The notes under the pieces are model-generated. The model saw only the letters and a program-made list of their open reading frames with translations. It was not told where the DNA came from and did no database searches. From NCBI GenBank assembly GCA_977017645.1, contig OZ360227.1, positions 154,442,001 to 154,506,000 of the forward strand: DNA of 64,000 nucleotides, written 5' to 3'. The DNA comes from Torpedo marmorata (taxonomy: Eukaryota). Of this stretch, positions 1 to 10,672 are shown piece after piece (the first letter of the stretch is position 1; each line of letters begins with the position of its first letter). The position numbers and the translations under genes were made by a program.

Positions 1-320
1 TCTTGCCAACTTTTCATTGAGATCAAGAAGACTTTATCAGTTCTTACCAGATGACTCCTGTACTTCACTAACCCCATTCATTCTCTCTCTCTCCCTCCAT
101 TTGGCCAATCCTGCAAAAGCAGAGTGGTCTGGTTGGAGTAATCAAGGATTTAAATGTATGGATGATTTTGCTTTGGTTTTATGATCACTGAAGCCATGTG
201 AAAATCTGTGGATAGCCTCTACACAGAAACAGAAGTAAGACCCTAGCCCGCAAACTCATTATATTAATAACAGAAGAGATCAATGTAAATTATGAATGGC
301 AGTATTAGAATATTGTGGAC

Positions 321-375
321 TTAAATATGACAGCTCCTGTATTGAGTTTAATTATGACAGCTCCTGTATTGAGTT
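321..375. repeat. 27-bp tandem duplication
   Basis: TTAA(A/T)TATGACAGCTCCTGTATTGAGT occurs twice in tandem. Confidence 0.9.
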
Positions 376-770
376 CTATGCTCAGATAATATGTGTTACT
401 TCATTAACTAAAAGCAAAAAAATATTGAGTACAAGGAAAATTGGGCTTTTAAAAGACAAATGAAACCAAAACATAGAATCAAATCTGAAAATAATTTTAT
501 GATACGATATTTTTCACTCCACAAAAAAAGAAGGTACCTACGATGAAGTTCAAGTGTGACATGATGTGCAATGCTCCGTTTAGGTTATCACAATGGTTCA
601 GTTTGGTCAAAGAATTTCCCCATGAAACGGCACTGCGAAACCCAAGAGACTCCTAGGAACACGCCGGACTGACCTCAGAAGATGGCAGTCTAATCACTGC
701 AATTGCCAATTGAGAGGCAAATTAAGCAGCACTCACAAGTCTGGTCCTGTTAGAAAGTGGTGTGTGCTTG

Positions 771-970
771 TAAAGGTAAAGGTTCCATTATTGTCACGTA
801 ATACTACATTTAGAATGTAATATAAATGAAATTCTTTAACATTGTTTACCGTAAGAAAGACAGAGAGTCGCTACTTTGTCCAGCACCCCTCACAGAAATG
901 AGGCCCCAGCGAGGAATGAACTCGCAACCCTTGGTTTACAAGACCAGTGCTCTAACCACTGGAGCTGTGA
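771..970 (-). mobile_element. Short SINE with tRNA-Thr(TGT)-derived head and LINE-like tail
   Basis: Minus strand 970-901 reads AGCTCCAGTGGTTAGAGCACTGGTCTTGTAAACCAAGGGTTGCGAGTTCATTCCTCGCTGGGGCCT, close to vertebrate tRNA-Thr(TGT) but without a pairing 5' acceptor strand. It is followed by a tail ending GACAATAATGGAACCTTTACCTTTA that recurs at ~40720-40792 and ~47482-47530. Confidence 0.75.
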
Positions 971-1750
971 GTGAGTGTGTGAAAAATATTGGTTTGAATC
1001 ATGTTGCCCCAAGGTAAAAAGCCACTGCCTAGGCCCATATATTATTGAAGAAGGCTATCATAGAACAACCAGTAAGCTCAAAGCCACATCTTGGCATGAG
1101 CCTGTGCTTTTAGGATATAAAGTGAATGAAGGTGGAAGGCATTTTTTGAGTTTATTTCCACGGAGAATAAAATTCTTTAAAAAATGTGAATTTGTAGAAA
1201 TTCCTGGTAACCCTGAAGATTTAACATGACTGATTTTCCACATTTTCTAGGTATACAGTTAAATTGAGATAATAAGTCACACATCTTTTCTAAAATAACA
1301 TTAAAATTATTAGTAGATCATATAAGTTTCTGTTAAACTCAATTTTTAGGTAAACCATTGCCATTTAAAAATATACAACAGTGGCATGTGTGGTCAATTG
1401 CATGTTATTTGTTTCATTCTTAAAATGCCCTGATTTACTTGACAGCAAATTACCGGTACTTTCTTTAAATATGGGACGGTGGTGATGTTTTCATTTATTA
1501 CAACACCAAAGATACTTTCTGCTGCTGCCCTTCAAATGTATCAAAAAATGGAATGAGGCAGCTCATCTATTTCACACTGTACATTTAAGTTAAAGTGTGT
1601 ACAGGTTGTACCTCTTTAATTCGGCCATGTTGGGACCTGGCCATTGCCGGACCACAGAAAATGCCAGAAAACAGAAATTGACCCCTAAGGGAACCCCCTA
1701 TGTAAACATATCAAAGGTAGAACAAAGCTTAAAATAGGAAATAATACTGT

Positions 1751-1925
1751 GGTGCGGCACGGTTAGTGTAGCGGTTAGCGCAACGCCTTTACAGCGCCAG
1801 CGATTGGGACCAGGGTTCGAGTCCTGCGCTCTCTGTAAGGAGTTTGTACTAATGGCGGCAGATTCAACCTTTACAGCGCCAGTGATCGGGACCGGGGTTC
1901 GAGTCCCACGCTGTCTGTAAGGAGT
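1751..1925 (+). mobile_element. Duplicated tRNA-derived SINE head (HE1/V-SINE type) inside the MITE
   Basis: GGTTAGTGTAGCGGTTAGCGCAACG...GGGTTCGAGTCC...CTGTAAGGAGTTTGTAC matches the 5' part of the SINE at 48102; the B-box segment is repeated; V domain and tail are absent. Confidence 0.75.
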
Positions 1926-2061
1926 ATGCGCCACAACGTCCATGATACGTTCTGTGAAATTGGGTGTTATGCAATGTGGACGTTGTGCAAACACCATATT
2001 ATATACTTAGCAAAGCTATATGGGATACTGTAGTGTACCTGTAAACTTTTTATTTGTAAGT

Positions 2062-2219
2062 AGGGATCAGTGTGGGGACCAACACGAGGCCGTGGGGAGA
2101 GAGCGGAGCAGTAGGATCAGTGTGGGGACCGACACGGGGCTGTGGGGAGAGAGCGGGACAGTGGGATCAGTGTGGCGACTGATACAGGGCTGTGGGGAGA
2201 GCGTGGGGCAGTCGGATCA
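2062..2219. repeat. ~50-bp GC-rich tandem repeat, about 3 copies
   Basis: Unit GGATCAGTGTGGGGACCRACACGRGGCYGTGGGGAGAGAGCGG...CAG repeated. Confidence 0.85.
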
Positions 2220-2979
2220 ATTTCCTATAGCTAGCGATCACTTTTTCTAAATTGCTGTGGACTTGCTCGCGGTAACTGAATAATTATGGGACCACGGACG
2301 TATATGCGGTCGGACGTTGCCCGAACGGACGTTAAGTGGCGCATACCTAAACGTGCCGGACCATGGGAGTTGCCGGACCACAGACCGCCGGATAAGAGAG
2401 GTACAACCTGTAATAACAATTGCTGGGAGAAATAGCAAGGCAGAAATTGCATTCTGAGTTTGAGCCACAGCCATGTGTCATGGTGATATTAATATGAGCT
2501 TGCCATTTAAAAAAAAACTGCTTTGTAATCTCTTCCAGGTACCCCTTGTCTTCTACTTAAATGGGCATAGCTCATAAAGTTATATTTTTAAAAGGAAACT
2601 GTTTTCCATAAGACCTATTTCACCACCAGATCATAAAATAGCAAACAGGCATGCCTTCATAGGCATATTTCGGAGTTCCACAAAATGGCTGTAATGAAAT
2701 GAACAGAATGAACTTTATGGCTTTTACAATAATGTGTACTTCAGCGCACTAGTGCAGAGTAAGAGGATGTTTTTCAATTCAGATTATGATAAGTATTTCT
2801 AAATAGTTTTATGCCCTTATAAATAGAAATTTAGAATAATTCCATGGTATGCATTGAATTATGTGTTTGCTGCATCTATTTAGGGGTCCATGTACATTTT
2901 ATGTTTAATTGTTGATTTGGCCCTTCTCCATTAAAGTGCTTGCAGCATTATCAACCTCCTCCCCAAAAAATAAATCTGT

Positions 2980-3247
2980 AGTAAAACACAAAAATCTGTA
3001 GACACCGTGGTTGAAGTAAAAAACACAAACGCTGGAGAAACTCAGCAGGTCAAACAGTGTCTGTTATGTAGCAAAGGTAGAAATACATAACCGACGTTTT
3101 GGGCTTGAGCCCTTTTCAGAAGTAAAACACGAAAATCTGTAGACACCGTGGTTGAAGTAAAAAAACACAAATGCTGGAGAAACTCAGCAGGTCAAACAGT
3201 GTCTTTTATGTAACAAAGGTAGAAATACATAACCGACGTTTCGGGCT
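2980..3247 (-). mobile_element. Tandem pair (~140 bp) of Penelope-like terminal repeat fragments
   Basis: AGTAAAACAC...GCTGGAGAAACTCAGCAGGTCAAACAGTGT...CCGACGTTT(T/C)GGGCT occurs twice; it is the reverse complement of the Penelope 3' end at 35230-35335. Confidence 0.8.
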
Positions 3248-4000
3248 GTAATGGTGGCGAGCATAACACAATGTCAGAGGCTTCCTCAAGTATGCATAAA
3301 ATATTGAAACACTTTACTACTGCATTATAGACAGGCCAGAAGCTCAGAAAGTTTGCTACACCTGCAGCGGTTGCCTTAAATATCAATTGGACACCATTTG
3401 CAAACTATTTGCACAACAAAACCTTCAAGTGGCCATTGAGAAGCCTAATGGGACAATCAACTATTTACCTTTTGATAAGCAATTGAGATAAAGCAGCGAT
3501 AAGCCAAAGTAAATATGTACATAGCTCACAGTTTTCAGACTCCTTTGCTCACATGTGCACACCTATAGTGGGACAGATGTATGCTTAACACGTGACCTGA
3601 GACAGGCCTACAGCCATAACTAGATAATTTCTCACTCACATACAGATTCCTGCAGCTTTCTGAGGTGAAAGAAACTGACAGCACAAACTCTCCAGGGCAG
3701 AACTTTCCAGTCAAGTGGATCAACGTACTGAAAATCGCTTATGAATAGTCATTACTCCTTCATTACAACCCCTCACAACCCAATTCTATTTTTCCAACCA
3801 AAATGCCTTTTGTCATCTCCACAACAAGAATCAGTTAATTGCCGATTGACTTTCTTTTAAATACATGACAACATGTCACAAAGCAAAAATGCAGAAGGTT
3901 GCTTTAGGCATTCCACTTAACTCCTTGATTGCCACATTCCTGCACATTAGCATCAATATTTCAGAGGGAGAGTTACACTAAAAAAAACATATTTACTGTG

Positions 4001-4100
4001 GAACAAGAAATTCTGCAGACTGTGATTATAGTAAATGCACAAAAGTGCTGGAGAAACTCAGCAGATCCATCAGCGTCCATAGGAAGCAAATATAAGCAAC
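4001..4100 (-). mobile_element. Penelope-like terminal fragment
   Basis: GTGCTGGAGAAACTCAGCAG...CAGCGTCCATAGGAAGCAAA, same family as the other terminal fragments. Confidence 0.6.
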
Positions 4101-4110
4101 ATCAAGGTAT

Positions 4111-4502
4111 TGTAGCCATGCACTACTCGAAAGAAGACACACACGTAGTGTAGTCAGGTTAAGCTCTGAGTGTTTTATTAGGGCTCAGGCCCGACTTTTA
4201 TATTTGCACTGTTCCCGCCGTGGCCTCCTTTGGCTGACGTCACAACATGCATAAGAAAAGCGGGTTTCCCGCGCGCAGGTACTTTCCTGCATAACAATAC
4301 CCTTCTTCCCCACGCGCTGTCCCTGTCTGTTGGCTGCGCAGCAAGGCCAGTGCCATTTTGGGGTCGCTGGCCTTTAAGCTGCCCTTGCTGTTCACCTGCC
4401 GGTTCGCTTGTTGGGGCCAGTGCCGCTGCGCGGGCTGCTGGCCTTTGGTTGCGCTCGCCGCCCGGAGCACTGGCTCAATCGCCTCAGCGGCGGGCCGCCA
4501 CA
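4111..4502 (-). repeat. 3' LTR (392 bp)
   Basis: Direct repeat of 8262-8655; minus strand has TATAAAA and AATAAA; TG..CA ends. Confidence 0.95.
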
Positions 4503-4520
4503 TGATCCCCCCCAGAACCT
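4503..4520 (-). other. Polypurine tract
   Basis: Minus strand AGGTTCTGGGGGGGATCA immediately before the 3' LTR. Confidence 0.75.
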
Positions 4521-7500
4521 GCGGTATTGTCCTTGTTATTGTCCTTGGTGCTTGGAGGCAAAGTCTCTGCAGCCTTCGGTGGCCTGCCTCTTCGGCGTGG
4601 TGCTGGTGTCTCGACCGGGCGCACCGGGTCCAGGTGTGCCGGCTTCAACCTGTCCGTGGTGAAGACCTCCATCTTGCCTCCGACCTCCAGCTCGAACGTG
4701 GCCCCGTTGTTGCGGATGACCCAGAACGGACCCTCGTATGGCCTCTGAAGCGGTGGATGATGTGGACCCCTGCGAATGAAAACATACTCACAGTCCTGCA
4801 GTTCTCTGGGTATGTTGGTCCTCGCGTGTCCATGCCTGGAAGGTGGAATCAGGACCAGGTTGCCGACTCTTTCCCTCAGCCTGCTGAGGAACGCTGCAGA
4901 GTTGTCCTGCTGTTCTCCTGGGGATGGTACGAATTCTCCCGGGACCACCAGTGGAGCTCCGTAGACGAGTTTGGCCGAAGAGGTGTTGAGGTCCTCCTTG
5001 GGTGCCGTGCGGATGCCCAACAGTGCCCATGGTAGCTCGTCTACCCAGTTGGGACCTTGGAGTCTGGTCATGAGCGCGGTCTTGAGGTGCCTGTGGAAGC
5101 GCTCCACCAAATCATTCGACTGTGGGTGGTAAGCTGTTGTGTGATGGGCACCCCACAGGCTGGCGAGGTCGGACCACAGACTGGAGGTGAACTGGGCCCC
5201 TCTGTCGGATGTGATGTGGGATGGTAACCCGAACCGTGCCACCCAGGACAAGATGAGGGCCCTGGCGCACGAGGTTGTGGACGTGTCTGCCAGCGGGACT
5301 GCTTCTGGCCAACAGGTGAAGCGGTCGATCATCATGAACAGATACCGGAAACCCTGGGATACCGGCAAGGGTCCTACTATGTCCACGTGGATGTGGTCGA
5401 ACCTTCGTTCTGCGGGCTCGAAGTGCTGAGGTGGGGTCTTGGTGTGCTGCTGTACCTTGGTTGTTTGGCATTGCATGCACGCCTTCGCCCACCTGCTGAC
5501 CTGTTTCCGCAATCCATGCCACACGTATTTGCTGGCCACCAGCCGGACCGTGGTCCTGACAGATGGGTGAGCCAGTCCGTGGGTGGAGTCGAAAACCTGT
5601 CATCTCCAAGCTGCCGGGACGATGGGTCTGACCTGACCGGTGGCCACGTTGCACAGGAGGGTGGTGTTACCTGTGCCGACTGGGATGTCCTGGAGCTGCA
5701 GTCCCGATTTGACAGTCCTGTACTGGGGCATCTACTCGTCTTTCTGTTGTGCCTCCGCCAGTGCCACAAAGTCCACTCCCCTTGATAGCGTGTGGATACT
5801 TTGCCTGGACAGTGCGTCGGCCACCACGTTGTCCTTACTGGAGATGTGCCTTACATCTGTGGTGTACTCTGAGATGTAAGACAGGTGTCGTTGCTGGCGG
5901 GCCGACCAGGGGTCCGAGATCTTAGCCAAGGCGAAAGTCAGGGGCTTGTGATCTGTGAAAGCCGTGAAGGACCTGCCCTCTAGGAAGTACCTTAAGTGGC
6001 GGATGGCTAAGTACAGCGCCAGTAGCCTTCTGCGAAAGCGCTGTACTTCAGTTCTGGAGGCCGCAGATGTTTGCTGAAGAAAGCCAGCGGCCGCCAACTT
6101 CCTTCGATCTGCTGCTCCAGAACTCCGCCGATCGCCGTTCCTGAGGCATCCACCGTCAGGGTTGTTGGAGCGTCTGACCTGGGATGTGCCAGGAGAGCGG
6201 CGTCCGCCAGGGCTTCCTTGGCCTTCACGAAGGCTTACGCTGACTCCTCGTCCCAGGTGATGTCCTTCACCTTGCCTGCCATCCGGGCGAACAAGGGCCG
6301 CATGATCCGGGCAGCTGAGGGGATGAACCTGTGATAGAAATTGATCATCCCCACGAACTCCTGTAGTCCCTTGGCCGTGTTGGGTCTGGGGAACTTCCGG
6401 ATGGCCTCCACTTTGCTGGGTCGCGGTGTGGCTCCTTCCCTGGTTATCCTGTGGCCCAGGAAGACGATAGCCTCCAATCCGAACTGGCATTTGGCTGGGT
6501 TGATCATCAGGCCGAATTCGCTCAGTCGGGTGTAGAGGTTGCGGAGGTGCGTCATATGCTCCTGTTGGTTCCTACTTGCCACCAGGATGTCATCCAGGTA
6601 CACGAAGGTGCCGTCCAGGACTTGGCCCAGCGCATCCATGAGTCACTGGAAGGTCTGTGCAGCTTTCTTTAGCCCGAACGGCATTCGGAGGAACTCGACG
6701 AGGCCGAACGGCGAGATGTCCTCGGGGTGTACCGGGATCTGATGATATCCCCGCACGAGGTCCACCTTGGAGAAGATCCTCGCCCCATGCAGGTTTGCCG
6801 CGAAGTCCTGGATGTGCGGCACGGGGTACCGATCCGGCATTATGGCCTCGTTGAGCCGGAGATAGTCGCCGCATGGTCACAAGCCCCCAGTTGCTTTGGG
6901 TACCATGTGCAAGGGAGAAGCCCATGGGCTGTCCGAACGCCATACGATGCTGAGCTCCTCCAGCTTCCTGAATTCCTCATTCGCCAGCTGGAGCTTCTCC
7001 GGAGGAAGGTGTCTTGCCCTTGCATGGAGCGGTGGGCCCTGGGTCAGGATATGGTGCTGTACTCCATGTCGGGGCATCACTGTGGTGAATTGGGGGGTGA
7101 GCACTGCAGGGAACTCGGCCAGGACCCTGGCGTACTCGTTGTCCGATCTCTGTACGGAGTCCAGGAGGAGTGCTGGGAGCCTGGTGTCTTTGAGGGGGAA
7201 GGTTTGAAAAGTCTTGGCATGGACTTCCCTTGAGGTCCACTAGCAGGCTGTGGGCGCGCAGGAAGTCTCCCCCGAGGAGCGGCTGTTCCACTGCGGCCAG
7301 CGTTAACACCCTCGAGAAGGGGCTGCTTCCCAACAGCAGTTGGGCCTTGCGGGTACCATAGGTCCGAATCGTGCTGTTGTTGGCAGCCCTCAGCATGGGG
7401 CCCGACTGCCTGTTCCTGGTGTCCTGTCCCGACGGGTGCAGGATGCTGACCTCTGCTCCTGTGTCCACGAGGAAGCGTCGTCTGGAATGGCGGTCCCAAA

Positions 7501-7521
7501 CGTTCAGGAGGCTGACTTGGT

Positions 7522-7567
7522 GGCCAGCCGTCATGGCCATTAGCGACGGCTGGCCCCGGCGTTTCCC
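7522..7567 (-). promoter_or_regulatory. Programmed -1 ribosomal frameshift signal (gag-pol)
   Basis: Slippery G GGA AAC in the gag frame (7567-7561), 5-nt spacer, then an 11-bp perfect stem GGCCAGCCGTC/GACGGCTGGCC; the -1 frame continues into the protease. Confidence 0.8.
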
Positions 7568-8220
7568 TGAAACGTGCATGGTGGCCTGCACTGGCGGGCT
7601 CCAGCGCCCCATCTCTGGTGGTAGAAACACCAATGGTCATCTGGATCACCTCCTCTGGGGCGCTGCTGTTCTTTCGGCAGCTCTGCACGGTTCTGGCTGC
7701 GGGGTTTAGTGATGAGCCCCATGGATGCCGAGCACTCTCTCTTCTGTTTCCACAGAACGTCCGCTCGTGCTGCGATTTTCCGGGGGTCGCTGAAATCTGC
7801 GTCAGCCAGGAGCAGTTGGATGTCCTCAGGCAGTTGCTCCAGGAATGCCTGCTCGAACATGATGCAGGGCTCGTGTTTGACCAGAAGGGCCAGCATCTCG
7901 TTCATGAGGGCTGACGGGAGCCTGTCCCCTAGCCTGTCCAGGTGGAGCAGACGTGCCCCTCTCTCACGCCTTGAGAGCCCGAAGGTCTCGATCAGCAAGT
8001 CCTTGAAGGAGTCCGATGGGGGCTCCTGGATGAAGTCGGCCACCCGGCCTGCTGTGTCCTGGTCCAGGGCGCTCACCACATGGTAGTACTGGGTGGATTC
8101 TGCTGTGATCTGCCGGATCTGGAACTGTGCCTCAGCCGGGTCAAACCACACGCGTGGTTGATTCATCCAGAAGGTCGGCAGCTTGAGAGCGACCGCATTG
8201 ACTGCTGCCTGTTCACACAT
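7540..8220 (-). CDS. gag: Gypsy gag (226 aa) with CHCC nucleocapsid motif
   Basis: ATG about 40 nt inside the 5' LTR boundary; N-terminal VALKLPTFW..PRVWF..EAQF; C-terminal CFYHQRWGAGARQCRPPC (C-X2-H-X9-C-X3-C). Confidence 0.9.
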   Translation of the reverse strand: MCEQAAVNAVALKLPTFWMNQPRVWFDPAEAQFQIRQITAESTQYYHVVSALDQDTAGRVADFIQEPPSDSFKDLLIETFGLSRRERGARLLHLDRLGDRLPSALMNEMLALLVKHEPCIMFEQAFLEQLPEDIQLLLADADFSDPRKIAARADVLWKQKRECSASMGLITKPRSQNRAELPKEQQRPRGGDPDDHWCFYHQRWGAGARQCRPPCTFQGNAGASRR

Positions 8221-8245
8221 CGCTGGATTTAGATGCCATCTAAAC

Positions 8246-8259
8246 CGTCGGGGTCACCA
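8246..8259 (-). other. Primer binding site for tRNA-Trp
   Basis: TGGTGACCCCGACG, 2 nt inside the 5' LTR boundary, complementary to the tRNA-Trp 3' end (CGUCGGGGUCACCA). Confidence 0.9.
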
Positions 8260-8261
8260 AT

Positions 8262-8655
8262 TGTAGCCGAGCGCTACTCGAAAGAAGACACACACACATG
8301 GTGTAGTCAGGTTCAGCTCTGAGTTTTTTAGTAGGGCTCAGGCCTGACTTTTATATTTGCACAGTTCCCGCCGTGGCCTCCTTTGGCTGACGTCACAACA
8401 TGCATAACAAAAGCAGGTTTCCCGCGCGCGGGTACTTTCCTGCATAACAATACTCTTCTTCCCCGCGCGCTGTCCCTGTCTGTTGGCTGAACAGCAAGGC
8501 AAGCACCATTTTGGGGTCGCTGGCCTTTAAGCTGCCCTTGCCATTCACCCGCCGGTTCGCTTGTTGGGGCCAGTGCCGCTGCGCGGGCAGCTGGCCTTTG
8601 GTTGCGCTCACCGCCCGGAGCGCTGGCTCGATCGCCGCCGCGGCGGGCCGCCACA
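8262..8655 (-). repeat. 5' LTR (394 bp)
   Basis: About 92% identical by manual comparison to 4111-4502. Confidence 0.95.
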
Positions 8656-8869
8656 GTATGATATTTACTACTCCATATTTATGATTAGTTTATTGACCTA
8701 AGTTATTTATAGTCATACTGCAGCAGTAGAATCATGGAAAATATGTAACTTTCAGTGGTTTTGTTAAATATTGTTCTTATTCATAGACCGCAAATCAGAA
8801 TATTGGTAAGTACAATAACATATATCCTTTACCATATATGAGGATGTATAAAATTATCACAGCTAATTT

Positions 8870-9127
8870 GGATGGCATGGTAGTGTAGTTGTTAGTGCAA
8901 TGCTATTATCGTGCAAGAACCCTGTTTCCAATCTACTACTGCCTGCAAGGAGTTTGTACGTTCTTTTCATGACCACGTGGGTTTCCTCCGGGTGCTCCGA
9001 TTTCCTCCCATGATCCCAAGACTTATGGGTTAGTTGGTAAATTGGTCACTTGGGTGTAATTGAATGGCGCAGGCTTGTGGGCCAAAAGGGCCCGTTGCCG
9101 TGCTGTATCTCTAAATTAAAAAAAAAA
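8870..9127 (+). mobile_element. tRNA-derived V-SINE (HE1-like)
   Basis: tRNA-like head; V domain GTGGGTTTCCTCCGGGTGCTCCGATTTCCTCCCA; CR1-like tail GGGCC..AAGGGCC..CCGTGCTGTA; A-rich end. Confidence 0.88.
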
Positions 9128-10059
9128 CTTTTATCATTATTATTCTTGCTCCAGAAAGGCTTAAAAATATATTAAAGTGTAGGGTACTAAGCTAACCTGC
9201 TCAACAGTTTGAGAGTGGCTTTTGGATGGGTGAGGATGTGGTTTAGTAATATGCTGTTAATGTCTTTACTGCATGTGTATCTTGGAAAATAATCTGCTCA
9301 GTTCTACGTGAAGGGATTCCACGCAAATACAGAAAATATATGGCTTTGAAAATGAACATTAAGGAATTGATTGAACAAGCAATTCAATCATCGTGGGTAC
9401 AAAATCGTCACACCATATATAGGCTGCAATCTAAAAGCTATATGCTTTAGAGATGTGTGATGAGGTGGGATGAGTGGACAGGTACGGTAGCAGAGAACAG
9501 TTTCTTAAAGGGGATGAGTTTGTTGTGATAGGATATATTGCAATGTACATTGAACCCAGGAATGGAATCATAACAGCTTTGTGAAAAAGCCTAAACCACG
9601 AACCAAGACAAATGTTTAATTCCGTATTGTGGAGCTTTCATTTATCACTCCACGCCTACTGTCTACCAACATGTAAATGTAAAAATATTGCCCCAATGAT
9701 GCATTTAGATTTTGAGTAAAGTGGCATTGGTGTGGTCATTCTGGAGATATTGGAAGAATTAACGCAAGTTCATACTATCTGGATAAGAGAGTTATCTCTA
9801 TTCTTAGCAAACAGACCCCTCATCCATAAACTAAAAATTACTGGCTCACACACTTATCTAAAGCATTAATGATGTGCCAGCAGGTACCAGTGCGTACTGT
9901 GGGTAGGAAACAATCAGTATGAAGCAGACTTGTTAATCTCTAACAATAACAGATCTTCTGAAAGAAACAACAGTGAGCCACTGTTTTTCTGAATCCTGCT
10001 CCTCAAACAGCTCAGCCTTCCAACCTCGTATATGTCTCCCACTCTGCTCCCACCCCCTC

Positions 10060-10192
10060 CCAACACATAGAGCTATTCATTCACACATACAATTTGACAT
10101 ATACAATTGCACACATAAATACATGTGCACAGAATCAATCATAAGCGCACACACACAAATATGTGCACATACACACACAAACACACAAAACA
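10060..10192. repeat. Degenerate (CA)n low-complexity tract
   Basis: Interrupted CA/ACAC runs. Confidence 0.7.
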
Positions 10193-10544
10193 GATAATTC
10201 TGCATGACAAACTTTCATTTGCCTCAACCCATGTGAAATCCAATTCAAAATCCAGTATAAACAAACACCTTTTGAAGGGAAAAATAATTTTCCTTCCTCT
10301 CCTACTCATTTTCTCCCCTGAAGTTACTACAATCTTCGTCAGTGGTCAGATTCCCATTCTATTGGCTGAGTGTCACAGATTAGTTGGTTATATTCAACAT
10401 CACGACCAAGTCAATACTGCTCTAAGATGATCATTACACTTATACAATTGCCAGTAAAGCCTGCTGGTTAGTTCTCTTCATAACCCAAGACTGCTAGGCC
10501 AATGGTTTTGCCCATTGGCATAGATGAGAGATCAAAACCTGTAA

Positions 10545-10672
10545 GATACCCAAAGATAAAAAAATGCATATGTTGTAAAACTGAAACAAAATATGAACAT
10601 GCTTGAAAAAAACCCAGCAGATCAGCTGGCATCTGTGGAGAGAGAAATAGAATCAATGCTTCAGGTCGATTC
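10545..10672 (-). mobile_element. Old Penelope-like terminal fragment
   Basis: CAGCAGATCAGCTGGCATCTGTGGAGAGAGAAATAG...TTCAGGTCGA resembles the other terminal fragments. Confidence 0.5.

Larger units (their letters stand above)
1602..2410. mobile_element. Tc1/mariner (pogo/Tigger-like) MITE carrying SINE-head fragments and a minisatellite
   Basis: TIRs CAGGTTGTACCTCT / AGAGGTACAACCTG; TA on both flanks; subterminal GCCGGACCA repeats; no transposase ORF. Confidence 0.85.
4484..7567 (-). pseudogene. pol: Gypsy pol (protease, RT, RNase H, integrase), disrupted
   Basis: Protease FLVDTGAEVSIL; RT FSKVDLVRGYHQI, RMPFGL and YLDDILV; RNase H TVDASG and FTDHKPL; integrase CMQCQ, HVDIVGPLP, ITSDRG and LVERFH. 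Broken by stops (~6877, ~6640, ~6235, ~5732) and frameshifts (~7225, ~6030). Confidence 0.95.
4111..8655 (-). mobile_element. Full-length Ty3/Gypsy LTR retrotransposon (CsRN1/Kabuki/Boudicca-like), inactivated
   Basis: Two LTRs TG...CA (4111-4502 and 8262-8655); 4-bp TSD GTAT (4107-4110, 8656-8659); PBS and PPT present; domain order gag-PR-RT-RH-IN. Confidence 0.97.

Noticed and set aside
901-970. Functional tRNA-Thr(TGT) gene
   Set aside because: The 5' acceptor strand does not pair, there is an extra base in the D arm, and a retroelement tail follows; better explained as a SINE head
4180-4195. AGGGCTCAGGCCCGA in the Gypsy LTR, matching the Penelope hammerhead stem II
   Set aside because: Lacks the upstream CTGANGA and downstream GAAAC boxes; treated as coincidence
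4230-8086. Plus-strand ORFs overlapping the Gypsy element (for example 4358-5035, 225 aa)
   Set aside because: Antisense shadows of GC-rich pol and gag, with no recognisable motifs
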